Position numbers and translations under genes: made by a program. From a virus: DNA of 39,320 nucleotides. The notes under the pieces were generated by a model. The model was not told the DNA's origin, made no database searches, and saw only the letters and a program-made list of their open reading frames with translations. Shown here in pieces: positions 23,808-34,093 of the stretch. The stretch lies in UHGV virus genome UHGV-0083030. The stretch is one strand, 5' to 3'. Numbering within the stretch: the stretch's first letter is position 1; each line of letters starts with the position of its first letter.

Positions 23808-26800
23808 TGTAAAGGCGGTACTCAGTGCGGTAGACAAGAACTTCTCCAGTACGTTCAGCAGTGCGCAAAAGAGCATCAGCGGAATTTCTGACGGTGTGAA
23901 CAAGGCTACCGGAGCTATCGGCAGGATCGCCGCCGGTATCGGAGTGTTCAAGGCTCTTTCCGCCGGTGCAAATCTTCTGTCCAGTTCCGTTTCCTCTGCG
24001 TTTAGCAGACAGGACACCATGGAGCAATTTAACCGGACGATCACGACCATCACAGGAAATGCAAATGCAGCCAGTGGTGCACTGGAAGAATTAAAGGGTA
24101 TCACTAAGGGAACAGCCTACGGTCTGGATGCGGCAGCGAAAGCAACGCAGAACTTTGTGACCCGTGGTATGAGTCTGGAATCGGCGACGAAGTCAGTCGG
24201 TGCCTGGGCGGATGCGGTAGCGTTTTACGGCAAAGGCACCAATGAACAGCTGGAAATGGTAGCGGATGCCATCGGTAAGATGCGAACCAAGGGAACGGTT
24301 GAGATGGATCAGCTGAACCGATTGTTTGATGTTGGAATTGATGCGGTCGGAATGTATGCGAAGGCTGTTGGACGAGACTCTGCATCGGTGCAGGATGATC
24401 TGTCAAAAGGCAAGATCTGGGCAGATGAATTCCTGTCTACAGTGGAAACTGCAATGATGGAAGGAACCAATGGAGTCCAGAAAATCTCCGGAGCAGCGAA
24501 AGAAGCCGGTGCAAGCTGGAGCGGCACCTTCGATAATATGCGTGCGGCTGTTACCCGTGGAACCTTAAGTATTATCAACGCAGTGGACGAGATGCTGAAA
24601 AAGAATGGGTTCCCGACCATGAGGGAGTCCATCAAGAAGTTCGGAGACACGGCGGAGAGTGTGCTGAATAATGTGGCGGACGGGATTAAGAATCTGTCGA
24701 ATGTGGGGGATGTGTTTTCAAGATTGGGAAAAACCTTTGCAAAGACAGGTGCAATCAAGGCGCTGTCCAAAGCGTTTCAGAATGTAGGAAAAGCGGTGCA
24801 GCATATCATCACATCACTGGAAAGCACAGGAGTGTTCGATCAGATCGTAAAGGCTTTTGGAAATATCGTAAAAGCTGCATCAAATGCGGTCAGTGCGATT
24901 GCGAAGTTTGTGAGTGGATTGAGTCCTGGACAGATCAAAGGAATTCTGACAGGAATCGTTGGACTGAAAGGTGGTTTTACGGCCTTCAAGTTTTTGAAAT
25001 CCTTTAATCCGTTTCAGTCTTTTAAGAAGAATGCGGAAAAAGGAACGGATGATGCAGTAAAGGCATGTACAAATTCAAAGTCAAAAATCGCTCAGGTGAT
25101 TGAGAGTATCGGAACGCTGTTTAAGTCTGTTGGACAGGGAATCTCGACGGCAGCAAAAGGAATTGGAACCGGTATTTCCACGGCGTTCCGGGGAATTGGA
25201 CAGGCGTTGAAGATTGCGAATCCGGTAAATATCCTTGCATTAGGTGCGGCGATTGGAATTGTTGTAGTGGCCATGACGCTTCTGGCAACACAGGGAAGCG
25301 GAGTTGCGGAGATTATCTCCAGTTTCGGAACGGCAGTCGGAAACTGCGCTCCGTTCATAACGGCTCTGGGACAGGCTATCAGTGAGATTGTGGGTACGGC
25401 GATTACATCACTTGCAAATGCACTGTTGATCTTGTCACCGGTATTGCCAACAATTGCAGCGTCTTTTGCAGCTTTATCTCCATTAGTAACAGCACTTGGA
25501 GTGGCGTTTTCATCAATTATCACTGCGATTGGTGGTGCTGTCAGCCAGATTGTGACGGCTTTGGCTCCGGTGGTTCAAATTATTGGAACTGTTTTTACGC
25601 AGTGCGTTCAGATCGTAGCGAATGCGATTGTGCAGATCGTGGAGGCATTGGCTCCATTCATTCCCAACATACAGGCGATTGTAGAGTCTGTGTCGGCGGC
25701 GGTTCAAAGTATTGCAGAAGTCTTTACAACTCTGCTCAGTCAGATCAGTCCGATTATAGACAGCTTGTCAGAACTGGTAACGAACCTTGGGACAGTCATC
25801 AGTGATGTATTCCAGGGGATTTCGGAAGTGGTAACATCGGTTGGTGATGCGATATCTGGAGTACTGGATTCTGTGGCAGGAATCTTTGATTCCATCGGAG
25901 AGGCTGCATTGAATGCCGGAAAAGGATTTAAAAAACTGGCGGAAGGCGTGGAGAAACTGACGAAATTGTCTCTGCTTGATATGGCTGCGTCGCTTGGAGC
26001 GGTTGCAACTGGAATCGGAGCAATCACGGCAGTGTCTGGTGGCATGGCAGAAGCCGGCACAGGGATTCAAGCGATTGGAACAGGGCTTACATTAATTGCA
26101 GCGTCTGCAATGGCAGCGGTGAGTGGAATGAATGCGATCGGGACAGCAATTCAGCCATTTATTACATCGGTAACTACGCTGTCCTCATCGTTACCACAGG
26201 CAGCCACATCGATGCTCGGATTCGCAACAGGTGTTATGACTGCGGCAGCATCGATCAGTGCATCAGCTGCAGGGATTCTGGTGATGGCTGCAGGTGTTTC
26301 TGTTTTGGCAAGTTCGTCAGAAAGAGCGGCATCTGCGATCAGCGGAATCGGAAATGCATTATCAGGCATTTCAGGATCATTTCAGGGAGTTGCGGTAGGT
26401 GCGCAGAGCGCCATTGCAAGTATGCAGGGCATGGTCCCGGTGTCCGCATCCGTAAGAAGCTCACTGGCAGAGATTGCATCTTCAGGACAGCAGTCTATGA
26501 CAAAATTGCAGACCGCATTGACGACAGCAATGAATCAGGCAAAGGTAGCAGGAAAAGGGATTGGAAATGGTGTCCTCAATGGGGCAAGGCCAGGATTTAC
26601 ACAGTTGCCTGGGATCGCATCGAATGCAGTTAATTCTACATTGTCAATGCTGAGAGGTGCGGCGTCCGCAGCGTATAGTTGTGGATATTATATCGGTATC
26701 GGACTTGCTAACGGGATGAGATCGACGCTTGGAACTGTGCAGGCAGTAGCCGCACAACTGGCAAGAGCAGCAGAACAGGCTGTTATTGCAAAGGCGAAGA

Positions 26801-27138
26801 TTGGAAGTCCCTCCAGAGTGTTCCGAAAATTGGGAGCATTTATCGGAGAGGGATTCGTTATCGGTATTGAGTCGATGGAAAGAAATGTAGAACAGGTATC
26901 TGCGCGTCTGGTATCAATTCCAGACACACCGGCAATTGTAGGAGCTGGAATGAACAATTATTCTGTGCCGATAGCAGAAATGCGCAGCGAATACAGTTAT
27001 ACTCCGGTTATCTATGTCAATGCAGAGGTGACAAGCGTAATGGATGGTCGTGAGGTCGGCTACGGCACTGCCAGATATGTTCAGGAAAAGAACAATAATG
27101 ACGCAAAAGTCAGGAAGTATATCACAGGAAAACGATAG
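23791..27138 (+). CDS. Tail tape measure protein
   Basis: 1115 aa; A/G/S/T-rich with many GxxxG-type helix motifs; C-terminal KIGSPSRVFRKLGAFIGEGF motif typical of TMPs. Confidence 0.9.
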   Translation: MAESYSVKAVLSAVDKNFSSTFSSAQKSISGISDGVNKATGAIGRIAAGIGVFKALSAGANLLSSSVSSAFSRQDTMEQFNRTITTITGNANAASGALEELKGITKGTAYGLDAAAKATQNFVTRGMSLESATKSVGAWADAVAFYGKGTNEQLEMVADAIGKMRTKGTVEMDQLNRLFDVGIDAVGMYAKAVGRDSASVQDDLSKGKIWADEFLSTVETAMMEGTNGVQKISGAAKEAGASWSGTFDNMRAAVTRGTLSIINAVDEMLKKNGFPTMRESIKKFGDTAESVLNNVADGIKNLSNVGDVFSRLGKTFAKTGAIKALSKAFQNVGKAVQHIITSLESTGVFDQIVKAFGNIVKAASNAVSAIAKFVSGLSPGQIKGILTGIVGLKGGFTAFKFLKSFNPFQSFKKNAEKGTDDAVKACTNSKSKIAQVIESIGTLFKSVGQGISTAAKGIGTGISTAFRGIGQALKIANPVNILALGAAIGIVVVAMTLLATQGSGVAEIISSFGTAVGNCAPFITALGQAISEIVGTAITSLANALLILSPVLPTIAASFAALSPLVTALGVAFSSIITAIGGAVSQIVTALAPVVQIIGTVFTQCVQIVANAIVQIVEALAPFIPNIQAIVESVSAAVQSIAEVFTTLLSQISPIIDSLSELVTNLGTVISDVFQGISEVVTSVGDAISGVLDSVAGIFDSIGEAALNAGKGFKKLAEGVEKLTKLSLLDMAASLGAVATGIGAITAVSGGMAEAGTGIQAIGTGLTLIAASAMAAVSGMNAIGTAIQPFITSVTTLSSSLPQAATSMLGFATGVMTAAASISASAAGILVMAAGVSVLASSSERAASAISGIGNALSGISGSFQGVAVGAQSAIASMQGMVPVSASVRSSLAEIASSGQQSMTKLQTALTTAMNQAKVAGKGIGNGVLNGARPGFTQLPGIASNAVNSTLSMLRGAASAAYSCGYYIGIGLANGMRSTLGTVQAVAAQLARAAEQAVIAKAKIGSPSRVFRKLGAFIGEGFVIGIESMERNVEQVSARLVSIPDTPAIVGAGMNNYSVPIAEMRSEYSYTPVIYVNAEVTSVMDGREVGYGTARYVQEKNNNDAKVRKYITGKR

Positions 27139-27149
27139 GAGGTCACAGG

Positions 27150-28682
27150 ATGTATAAATTTACAGATACGATCGGTGATCCGGAAAGCCAGAGTCTCCCG
27201 GCGGAGGCTCTGAGCATCAATGGAACTTATATAGAAAATGAGGTGGCGGGCTACACCACGCTGAGCGTCAGTGGCCGAGAATTGCTGGAGTCGGAGATCG
27301 GAGAACTGGAGATCGGCCACATGACCGGTTCCCAGTACCGATACAAGCGAAGACCGCCCAGAGAAATTACGGTGACGTATCAGCTGTTGTCTTCTTCGCC
27401 AAGAGAGTTTCGGGAGAGATACAACAAGCTGTGCGCGCTTCTGGAATTTGAACAGGCAAGACTGGTCTTTCTGGATGAGCCGGACAAGTATTTTATCGGG
27501 ACAAAGAAAGGTGTCGGCAGTGTACCGGAAGGTCAGCTAAATGTGACGGGAACCTTTGTGATTTACTGCACGGATCCACATAAATATGCAGTGAACGAGA
27601 AGAGTTTCACGGCGGAGGCAAACAGTGACGGGATTCTGGAAGTGACGATCGTCAATGACGGTTCGGTTTCGGCGGCAGTGGATTACGAGATTACTCACAA
27701 TCACGAAAATGGTTACCTCGGGATCGTGTCAGAGTATGGTGCAATCCAACTGGGAAATGCTGACGAGGTGGACAAGGAGACAAGGCAGAAGTCGCAGATT
27801 CTGGCCAGTTATAAGAATTATGAGGACTATGCTGCCATGACCGATAATCAGGGTATGTGGGATGGCGGTCATTCGGAATATCCGAAGAACGGAACCTGGG
27901 GAAGATATGTCTTAAAAGGAATGGACTGGTTGGGGCTCACCAGTGTAGGTTCCGGTCCCTCCTGGCATGGAGCAACGAAGACGATCACACTTCCTGCTGA
28001 TTCAAGCGGACAGACAGGCGCATCCAGTTTTCTGGCGCAGACAAGAATTGCCGCAGAGACTGGCCTGGTTCCTCAAACCGGAACCTTGCAGATGGTTATT
28101 GGAGATGCCAGTGGCAAGCATCTGGCTTCCATGCATTTCGTAAAACGGAGCACCACGAATAATACGGCATCTATGGTCATGCAGGTGCAGGAAAAAGAGA
28201 TCAAGCGAATCAAATATGAGCCGACCAACTGGTCAAGCACCGGAAACGGAGGTTCTAACATTTATATCCGGAAGATGGGAGAACTGTTTGAGTTCTATTT
28301 TGCAGGACAGAAATATCAGTTCCGGTATCCGGCACTGAAGAATACGAAGGCGTTAACACTGACGTTATGCGCCGGGCAGTTTGGAGATCGTGGACTTAAT
28401 AACCTTGTAACCAGAATGTATTTTCGGGACACCTTTTTCCGAAAAGACAACGTGGCCTATCTGTATGATATTCCAAACCGGTACCGGGCAGGAAGTAAGG
28501 TCAGCATCGAGGGAAGTGCCGCAAAGGTTTATGTGGATGGGATCCCGTCTCTGGATGATGAAGTGCTGGGTTCCAAATTTTTTAAGGTGCCGCCGGGAGA
28601 AACGAAAGTGCGGTTCTATTATTCTGCCTTCAGCAGTCCGGCCCCGACGATCACAGCAAGAATAAGGGAGGCGTATATATAA
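27150..28682 (+). CDS. Distal tail protein (Dit, siphovirus tail component) with C-terminal extension
   Basis: 510 aa; position after TMP; N-terminal region typical of Sipho_tail family. Confidence 0.75.
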   Translation: MYKFTDTIGDPESQSLPAEALSINGTYIENEVAGYTTLSVSGRELLESEIGELEIGHMTGSQYRYKRRPPREITVTYQLLSSSPREFRERYNKLCALLEFEQARLVFLDEPDKYFIGTKKGVGSVPEGQLNVTGTFVIYCTDPHKYAVNEKSFTAEANSDGILEVTIVNDGSVSAAVDYEITHNHENGYLGIVSEYGAIQLGNADEVDKETRQKSQILASYKNYEDYAAMTDNQGMWDGGHSEYPKNGTWGRYVLKGMDWLGLTSVGSGPSWHGATKTITLPADSSGQTGASSFLAQTRIAAETGLVPQTGTLQMVIGDASGKHLASMHFVKRSTTNNTASMVMQVQEKEIKRIKYEPTNWSSTGNGGSNIYIRKMGELFEFYFAGQKYQFRYPALKNTKALTLTLCAGQFGDRGLNNLVTRMYFRDTFFRKDNVAYLYDIPNRYRAGSKVSIEGSAAKVYVDGIPSLDDEVLGSKFFKVPPGETKVRFYYSAFSSPAPTITARIREAYI

Positions 28683-31600
28683 ATGGAATCAATCAGAATA
28701 ACAATCCTAAGCACGCATGATGTGGTGTGCGCGCGCATGGATAATGAAGCACCGGATGCGCTGCATTATTATGATGACGAGCTACATTCTTACCTGGAAG
28801 GGACGGCAAATACCTTTTCGTTCAAGGCGCCGGCAGACCATGAGGATGCTCAGTATCTGACCGTAGGAAACAAGCTGGCTTTCCAGAAAGACGGCCGGGA
28901 TTATTACTTAAACATTGTCCAGTCCACACAGGATGAGGAAATTGTGGACGTAATGGCGTACTCGTTGTCCTTTGAGTTGCTCAATGAAGAGAACACGGCA
29001 TACAAGGCCCCGAAAGCCATGTCTTTTGCGGAATACCTGGCAGTATTTGACTGGGAGAAGACGGTCACGCTGGGAATTAATGAGGTATCAGACAAACGGA
29101 TCAGCCATGAATGGACAGGATCCGATACGATCCTTGCCAGGATCTTTTCACTGGCTAATGTGTTTTCAGCAGAGGCGGAATTTGTGCCGGTATTGAATCC
29201 AGACTTTTCGCTCCAGAAGATTGTGCTGAATGTCTATAAGCAGCACTCGGACACCGTGCAGGGGATTGGTCAGAACCGGACGGATGAACGTCTGCGGTAC
29301 GGTGTTAATATCGAGGGCATTACTAAGACGTCAGATATTACGGAGCTGTTTACGGCAATCCGGCCGTTTGGTCGGGATAACTTAACTGTTACCAGTCTGG
29401 CGAAGACGGAATATGATGAAAATGGAAACGTAGAATACATGACCGCCGCAGGCAACAGGAACATTCTGGCACCACAGGCAAGAGACCGTTTTCCGTCCAA
29501 TTTGTTGAGCTCGGCCAATGACCGGTATATCGCAAAGGTCTGGAATTATGATACGGACAACGTGAATACCTTATACGGTCAGGCACTGGCGGAGCTGAAG
29601 AAAGGATGCGTGCCGAAACTGAGTTATGAAGTGGATGGATATGTGGATGCTCATGTGGGTGATACGTTCACAATCATTGATGAAGAGTTCAATCCGCCAT
29701 TGTATTTGCAGGCACGAGTGAAAGAGCAGGTAGAAAGCCTGACAGATGAGACAAAAAATAAGACGACATTCTTCAATTATGAGGAACTGCAGTCTCAGAT
29801 TGATCCGGAGCTGTTGCAGCAGGTCAATAATCTGATCGCTGCCAATCGAGTCTATACCTGTTCGGTGATCTCCAGTAATGGGATCGTGTTCAAGAATGGG
29901 GAAGGTTCTACCACGCTGATAGCTGTTGTGAAGAATGGTGGTCTGAACATTGCGGATCAGTTCAATATCCAATGGTATAAGGATGGAGAAGAACTGAGTT
30001 TAGGTGCAGAGGTCACAGTGAACGCTGCGGATGTGCCAGACAAAGTGACCTACCGGTTTGAAGCAACGGATTCCGGTGGAATCTTCCGGGGACAGTATGA
30101 GGTAACGGTCAGCAATGTGAACGACGGAGAGAAAGGCGCAGACGGAGAACCGGGAAAAGCCGGAGAGGATGGAGTCAGTCCGATCATCAAGGTGAATCCG
30201 GACACATCCCTGACGATCACAGATAAAAACGGGGAACAGACCACGCCAACGCTGAAAGGAGAGGATGGAACCCGTGGCAGTGAATGGTATGCCGGAGATA
30301 AGCTGCTGGGAACCAGTACAGACGGAATGATCTTCCCAGAGTCAGGAATCAGTGACGCAAGAGTCAATGACCGGTATGTGAATCCATTTACCGGCAACCT
30401 GTATGCCTGTGTGCGTGCCGGTGCGGCAGACGTAGCAAAGTGGGCATACATTGGAAATATCAAAGGCCCGAAAGGGGATCAGGGAGAAAAAGGAGATGCC
30501 GGAAAGATCGAAGTGTCTGATATCGAACCGGAAGAAAAGATTGAAGGAATGTTGTGGAAACACACCGGAACCGTGGAAGGTCTGATCCAGAATGCAACTT
30601 ACCGATGGGATGGAAGTGCGTGGCGGTTGTATAAGTTCGTGGCAGAGAATATCGAGGTGGATCAGTTGTCTGCGATCACGGCAGATCTTGGGATTGTTAA
30701 TGCCGGGCAGATCAATGGTGTGGAGATTAACGGATCGGTGTTTAACAATAAGTTCCACAAAGAAGATGAACGGTACGTATTTGAGGGATTAACGAAAATT
30801 GAAAACGGAGTATTATCGATTGAAACAGAGGAATATACGATCAATGATGAAATGCCGAGCATCACAAATATTACAACTATCGAGCTTAATCCATCGTTAA
30901 GAGAAATTACTATAACAAATTCAGATGGAACAATGTCAACATTAGGAAATGATGGGCTAGCGGTTGGCGCACAGACGAGTATGCAGGATATAATACCAGC
31001 TGGGACATCAGTAGGAAGAGGAGAGATATTACTTCAGGATAGCGACAAAGTCAAAGTGAGCATTACTCCTACATCTTTTAATAATAAGGTGAATAAATCC
31101 GGCGCTGTCATGAACTCTGATGTCACCATCAATCCTCGTGGCTCCGCCGGAGATAATGGACACCTTAAATTTCCATCAGGAAACAAGGGGCTGACTGGCT
31201 ATATTGGTTCTTGTAATAATACGCTTCGGATGTATGGTTTCAATTCAAGTGGGACGTATAAGGATGCGTATTTGCAACTGACAGATGGATCATTTTACGT
31301 AACCGGCGGCATCAAAGCAAAAGGGGGAGATGTTACCAATAGTTCCGGACAGACACTTGGTGGAGCACATTACAGGCTCCCTAAATTTTATAGCAAGTCC
31401 GGAACAAATGTATCTTTAGCAAATGGTAGTTTTTCAAATGTTGCGGTTTATAACGTACCTAGCAACGGATACGCGCTTGTTTCGCTGGGAGGACTATTTT
31501 CTGGTATGGGAACTTCTAGCGTGGTGAGAAGAATTGCCGGGTTGCTATTGAATGGGGCTGAATATATGAACTTTGAAACCACTACAGGATCAACGGCAAG

Positions 31601-31733
31601 GCTTTGGTCGTCGGGATGTATCGCCATCCCTGTATCAAAAGGCAATACGATCACTGGAAGATTCTACCAGAACAGTGGTGCTGCAAAAACATTGGAGCAG
31701 TGGAAATTCAGCGTCATATTTTTCCCAAATTAG
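28683..31733 (+). CDS. Tail-associated protein (Tal)/receptor-binding fibre with collagen-like repeats and a low-GC C-terminal head domain
   Basis: 1016 aa; N-terminus typical of prophage tail endopeptidase/Tal; Gly-X-Y runs GEKGADGEPGKAGEDG (~30124-30177) and GPKGDQGEKGDAGK (~30465-30506); an abruptly AT-rich segment from about 30800. Confidence 0.8.
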   Translation: MESIRITILSTHDVVCARMDNEAPDALHYYDDELHSYLEGTANTFSFKAPADHEDAQYLTVGNKLAFQKDGRDYYLNIVQSTQDEEIVDVMAYSLSFELLNEENTAYKAPKAMSFAEYLAVFDWEKTVTLGINEVSDKRISHEWTGSDTILARIFSLANVFSAEAEFVPVLNPDFSLQKIVLNVYKQHSDTVQGIGQNRTDERLRYGVNIEGITKTSDITELFTAIRPFGRDNLTVTSLAKTEYDENGNVEYMTAAGNRNILAPQARDRFPSNLLSSANDRYIAKVWNYDTDNVNTLYGQALAELKKGCVPKLSYEVDGYVDAHVGDTFTIIDEEFNPPLYLQARVKEQVESLTDETKNKTTFFNYEELQSQIDPELLQQVNNLIAANRVYTCSVISSNGIVFKNGEGSTTLIAVVKNGGLNIADQFNIQWYKDGEELSLGAEVTVNAADVPDKVTYRFEATDSGGIFRGQYEVTVSNVNDGEKGADGEPGKAGEDGVSPIIKVNPDTSLTITDKNGEQTTPTLKGEDGTRGSEWYAGDKLLGTSTDGMIFPESGISDARVNDRYVNPFTGNLYACVRAGAADVAKWAYIGNIKGPKGDQGEKGDAGKIEVSDIEPEEKIEGMLWKHTGTVEGLIQNATYRWDGSAWRLYKFVAENIEVDQLSAITADLGIVNAGQINGVEINGSVFNNKFHKEDERYVFEGLTKIENGVLSIETEEYTINDEMPSITNITTIELNPSLREITITNSDGTMSTLGNDGLAVGAQTSMQDIIPAGTSVGRGEILLQDSDKVKVSITPTSFNNKVNKSGAVMNSDVTINPRGSAGDNGHLKFPSGNKGLTGYIGSCNNTLRMYGFNSSGTYKDAYLQLTDGSFYVTGGIKAKGGDVTNSSGQTLGGAHYRLPKFYSKSGTNVSLANGSFSNVAVYNVPSNGYALVSLGGLFSGMGTSSVVRRIAGLLLNGAEYMNFETTTGSTARLWSSGCIAIPVSKGNTITGRFYQNSGAAKTLEQWKFSVIFFPN

Positions 31734-31746
31734 GAAGGAGGCAAGC

Positions 31747-32127
31747 TTGAAAGAGTTTTTATTCCAAACGTATCTCATTGCCCTGCCGATCTTTTTAACT
31801 GCTATTATGGGGTACATAATTTGGCTCCTGAAGGAACAGAAAAAACAGAAGATCGCAGATACCAAGGAAAGAAATGATCGCATCGCCAAGGAAACAGAAG
31901 AGAGATTGGCGAATAGCAAGGGTACAATGCTCCTGTTACGGGTCCAACTGATCGAGTATCATGACAAGTACATGAAGATCGGAGAGATTCCGTCCTATGC
32001 ATACCAGAATTTCTGTGAAATGTACGAGGCATATCATGAATTGGGTGGCAATGGGATGATAACGAAGATGATGCACGAGATTGAAGAGCTGCATCTTAAG
32101 AAGAAAGAAAAAGAAAGAGAAAGGTAG
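31747..32127 (+). CDS. Membrane-anchored hypothetical protein (N-terminal TM helix, charged coiled-coil C-terminus)
   Basis: TTG 31747 with GGAAGGAGG 6 nt upstream (track ORF 31573-32127 cannot be real before 31733 since it overlaps the Tal gene); possibly lysis-associated. Confidence 0.45.
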   Translation: MKEFLFQTYLIALPIFLTAIMGYIIWLLKEQKKQKIADTKERNDRIAKETEERLANSKGTMLLLRVQLIEYHDKYMKIGEIPSYAYQNFCEMYEAYHELGGNGMITKMMHEIEELHLKKKEKERER

Positions 32128-32136
32128 GAAAACAAC

Positions 32137-32430
32137 ATGGAACAGATTATGAATTATATTAAACCGGAACTGGTAGTTGTAGCAGTGGTGCTGTACTTTG
32201 TCGGAATGGCTTTGAAGAAAGCACAGGCCGTAGCTGATAAGAATATCCCGCTGATCCTTGGTGGTTGCGGAATCGCTCTGTGCGCCGTTTGGGTCTGGGC
32301 AAGTTGTCCAATTGGAACCGGTCAGGAAATGGCGATGGCGGTATTCACTTCGATCGTTCAGGGTATTCTAACGGCTGGATTAAGTACGTACGTAAATCAG
32401 ATCATCAAGCAGGCCGGGAAAGACGAATAA
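32137..32430 (+). CDS. Holin
   Basis: 97 aa; two or three hydrophobic helices, charged C-terminus (KQAGKDE); immediately upstream of the endolysin region. Confidence 0.7.
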   Translation: MEQIMNYIKPELVVVAVVLYFVGMALKKAQAVADKNIPLILGGCGIALCAVWVWASCPIGTGQEMAMAVFTSIVQGILTAGLSTYVNQIIKQAGKDE

Positions 32431-32527
32431 GAATTGCGGTAACACAGAAATGATGATAAGATAGATTCAGAGCAATCGTGTTGCAGGGTGGCTGACCTCT
32501 ATTCTACATAGAATGGGGGTGGTGCTG

Positions 32528-32620
32528 ATGGACAATAATCATTTTGATTTCAACGACCTTATGGCGTTTGGCATGTTCATTCTTGCATTGCTGACATTCG
32601 TTTTTACGTTTATCAGATAA
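32528..32620 (+). CDS. Hol-Tox-like 30-aa hydrophobic peptide (MDNNHFDFNDLMAFGMFILALLTFVFTFIR)
   Basis: ATG 32528 with GGGGGTGGTG just upstream (ATG 32513 also possible); LM.FG.FILALLT resembles the putative holin-like toxin family of Firmicutes; not in ORF track. Confidence 0.4.
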   Translation: MDNNHFDFNDLMAFGMFILALLTFVFTFIR

Positions 32621-32829
32621 TGTTTTAAAGCATAGAAAAACCACCCCGAAACTTTGGCCTAGTGAAAGGGTGGTAATTCTATGAATTTCCAATTTTTCTT
32701 GAGGTCAACCCACCTTGTGGGCGATTGCTCTATCTGCTTATATTATATGCCACGTACAAACAAATATCAACACTTTTTTAGAGAGTCAAATGTTGGCTCT
32801 CTTTTTGTATGCAAAGAAAGGAGCAGAAA

Positions 32830-33006
32830 ATGACAGAGCAGACAGTACAGGAAATCGTAAAGAGTTTCGCTTACGGTTATACAGCGGAGAAAGTTGCAGA
32901 GCTCGAAGAAATGACTCTGGAAGAGTCGCAGAAATTTGAGCAGGAATACCAGGCGGAGATTGAACAGAAGAAAGCAGAGTTGAAGGAGGGCGGTTGGCTT
33001 GAGTAA
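32830..33006 (+). CDS. Hypothetical 58-aa acidic protein
   Basis: ATG 32830 (AAAGGAG 8 nt upstream) in the frame of track ORF 32809-33006; overlaps endolysin start. Confidence 0.45.
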   Translation: MTEQTVQEIVKSFAYGYTAEKVAELEEMTLEESQKFEQEYQAEIEQKKAELKEGGWLE

Positions 33007-34078
33007 ATTAATCGTGGACGTGAGTTATCACAATGGTGTGATCGACTGGAACAAGGTCAAAGCGGCCGGAATCCAGGGAGCAATCATCCGGTGCGGATAT
33101 GGTGACAACATTGCATCCCAGGACGATAAGCAGTTTAAGAGAAACGCAGACGAGTGTACACGTTTGGGAATCCCTTGGGGCGTGTATATCTATTCCTACG
33201 CTAAAAATACCGCACAGGCTAAGAGCGAGGCGGCGCATGCCCTCAGACTGGTTGCTCCGTATAAAGGCAAGATGTCCTATCCGATCTATTATGATTTAGA
33301 GGAAAAAGGTACTGAATCAGTAGCAGTTCAAAACGCTATTGTATTTGGAGACATCATTGAGAAAGCCGGGTATTGGTGTGGAATCTATTCCGGTCAGTAC
33401 TGGTGGCAGAAATATCTTGGGAACAAACTGGATCGGTTCACGAAATGGGTTGCACGGTATAGCAGTCAGAAGCCGGTAGGTATATCCGGCTCCTATGACA
33501 TGTGGCAGTATAGCAGTTCCGGAAGTGTGCCGGGAATCTCCGGCAGGGTGGACATGAACGAAGTGTATCGTGACTTCCCAAGTGAAATTCTTGGCGGTGG
33601 ATCTTCCGGTGGAAATGGTCCGAGACAGATGCCTGGTAATCCGGTTAATGATATGGGCTTGAAGTATAAGGCTCACTGCCAGACTATCGGAGACTGCGCA
33701 GAAGTCCGGGACGGACAGACTGCCGGAACAACCGGATATGGCAAACGACTGGAAGCGCTCTGGATCAATCTGGAAGAAGCTGCAAGAAAGTTGGGAGTAG
33801 AGCTGCGGCTGAAAGGCAAATGCCATATTCAGGGTACCGGTTGGGTAGATCTTGGTTACATTACCAAGGACACCATGATCGGCTCAAAGGGACAGTCTAA
33901 GCGTTTGGAAGCAATTATCTTAGAGATCGAGGGACTGCCGGATGGCTATGAGTTGCAGTACCGAACTCACATCCAGACTATTGGTTGGACTGGTTGGGTA
34001 GCTGCCGGATTCGCATCTGGTTCTGTTGGATTCCGTAAGGGAATTGAAGCAATTCAGATCCGCCTGGTCAAGAAATAA
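32999..34078 (+). CDS. Endolysin: GH25 muramidase with three C-terminal ChW (clostridial hydrophobic W) repeats
   Basis: IVDVSYHNGVIDWNKVKAAGIQGAIIRCGYG is classic Glyco_hydro_25; C-terminus has three ~40-aa repeats Y[KR].H.Q.IGW...G.TGYGKRLEA; terminator follows. Confidence 0.9.
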   Translation: MSKLIVDVSYHNGVIDWNKVKAAGIQGAIIRCGYGDNIASQDDKQFKRNADECTRLGIPWGVYIYSYAKNTAQAKSEAAHALRLVAPYKGKMSYPIYYDLEEKGTESVAVQNAIVFGDIIEKAGYWCGIYSGQYWWQKYLGNKLDRFTKWVARYSSQKPVGISGSYDMWQYSSSGSVPGISGRVDMNEVYRDFPSEILGGGSSGGNGPRQMPGNPVNDMGLKYKAHCQTIGDCAEVRDGQTAGTTGYGKRLEALWINLEEAARKLGVELRLKGKCHIQGTGWVDLGYITKDTMIGSKGQSKRLEAIILEIEGLPDGYELQYRTHIQTIGWTGWVAAGFASGSVGFRKGIEAIQIRLVKK

Positions 34079-34093
34079 TAGAAAATTAAAAAG

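Noticed and set aside
23791-27138. Possible CRISPR-like periodicity from repeated GCxxxGGxxxG-type motifs in the tape measure gene
   Set aside because: The repeats are at the protein-motif level (Gly/Ala helix repeats), not identical DNA direct repeats with unique spacers; no CRISPR array is present in the window
32504-32692. 62-aa minus-strand ORF overlapping the Hol-Tox-like peptide
   Set aside because: No RBS, His/Gln-rich nonsense-like tail; more likely non-coding (could still be transcribed as antisense RNA)
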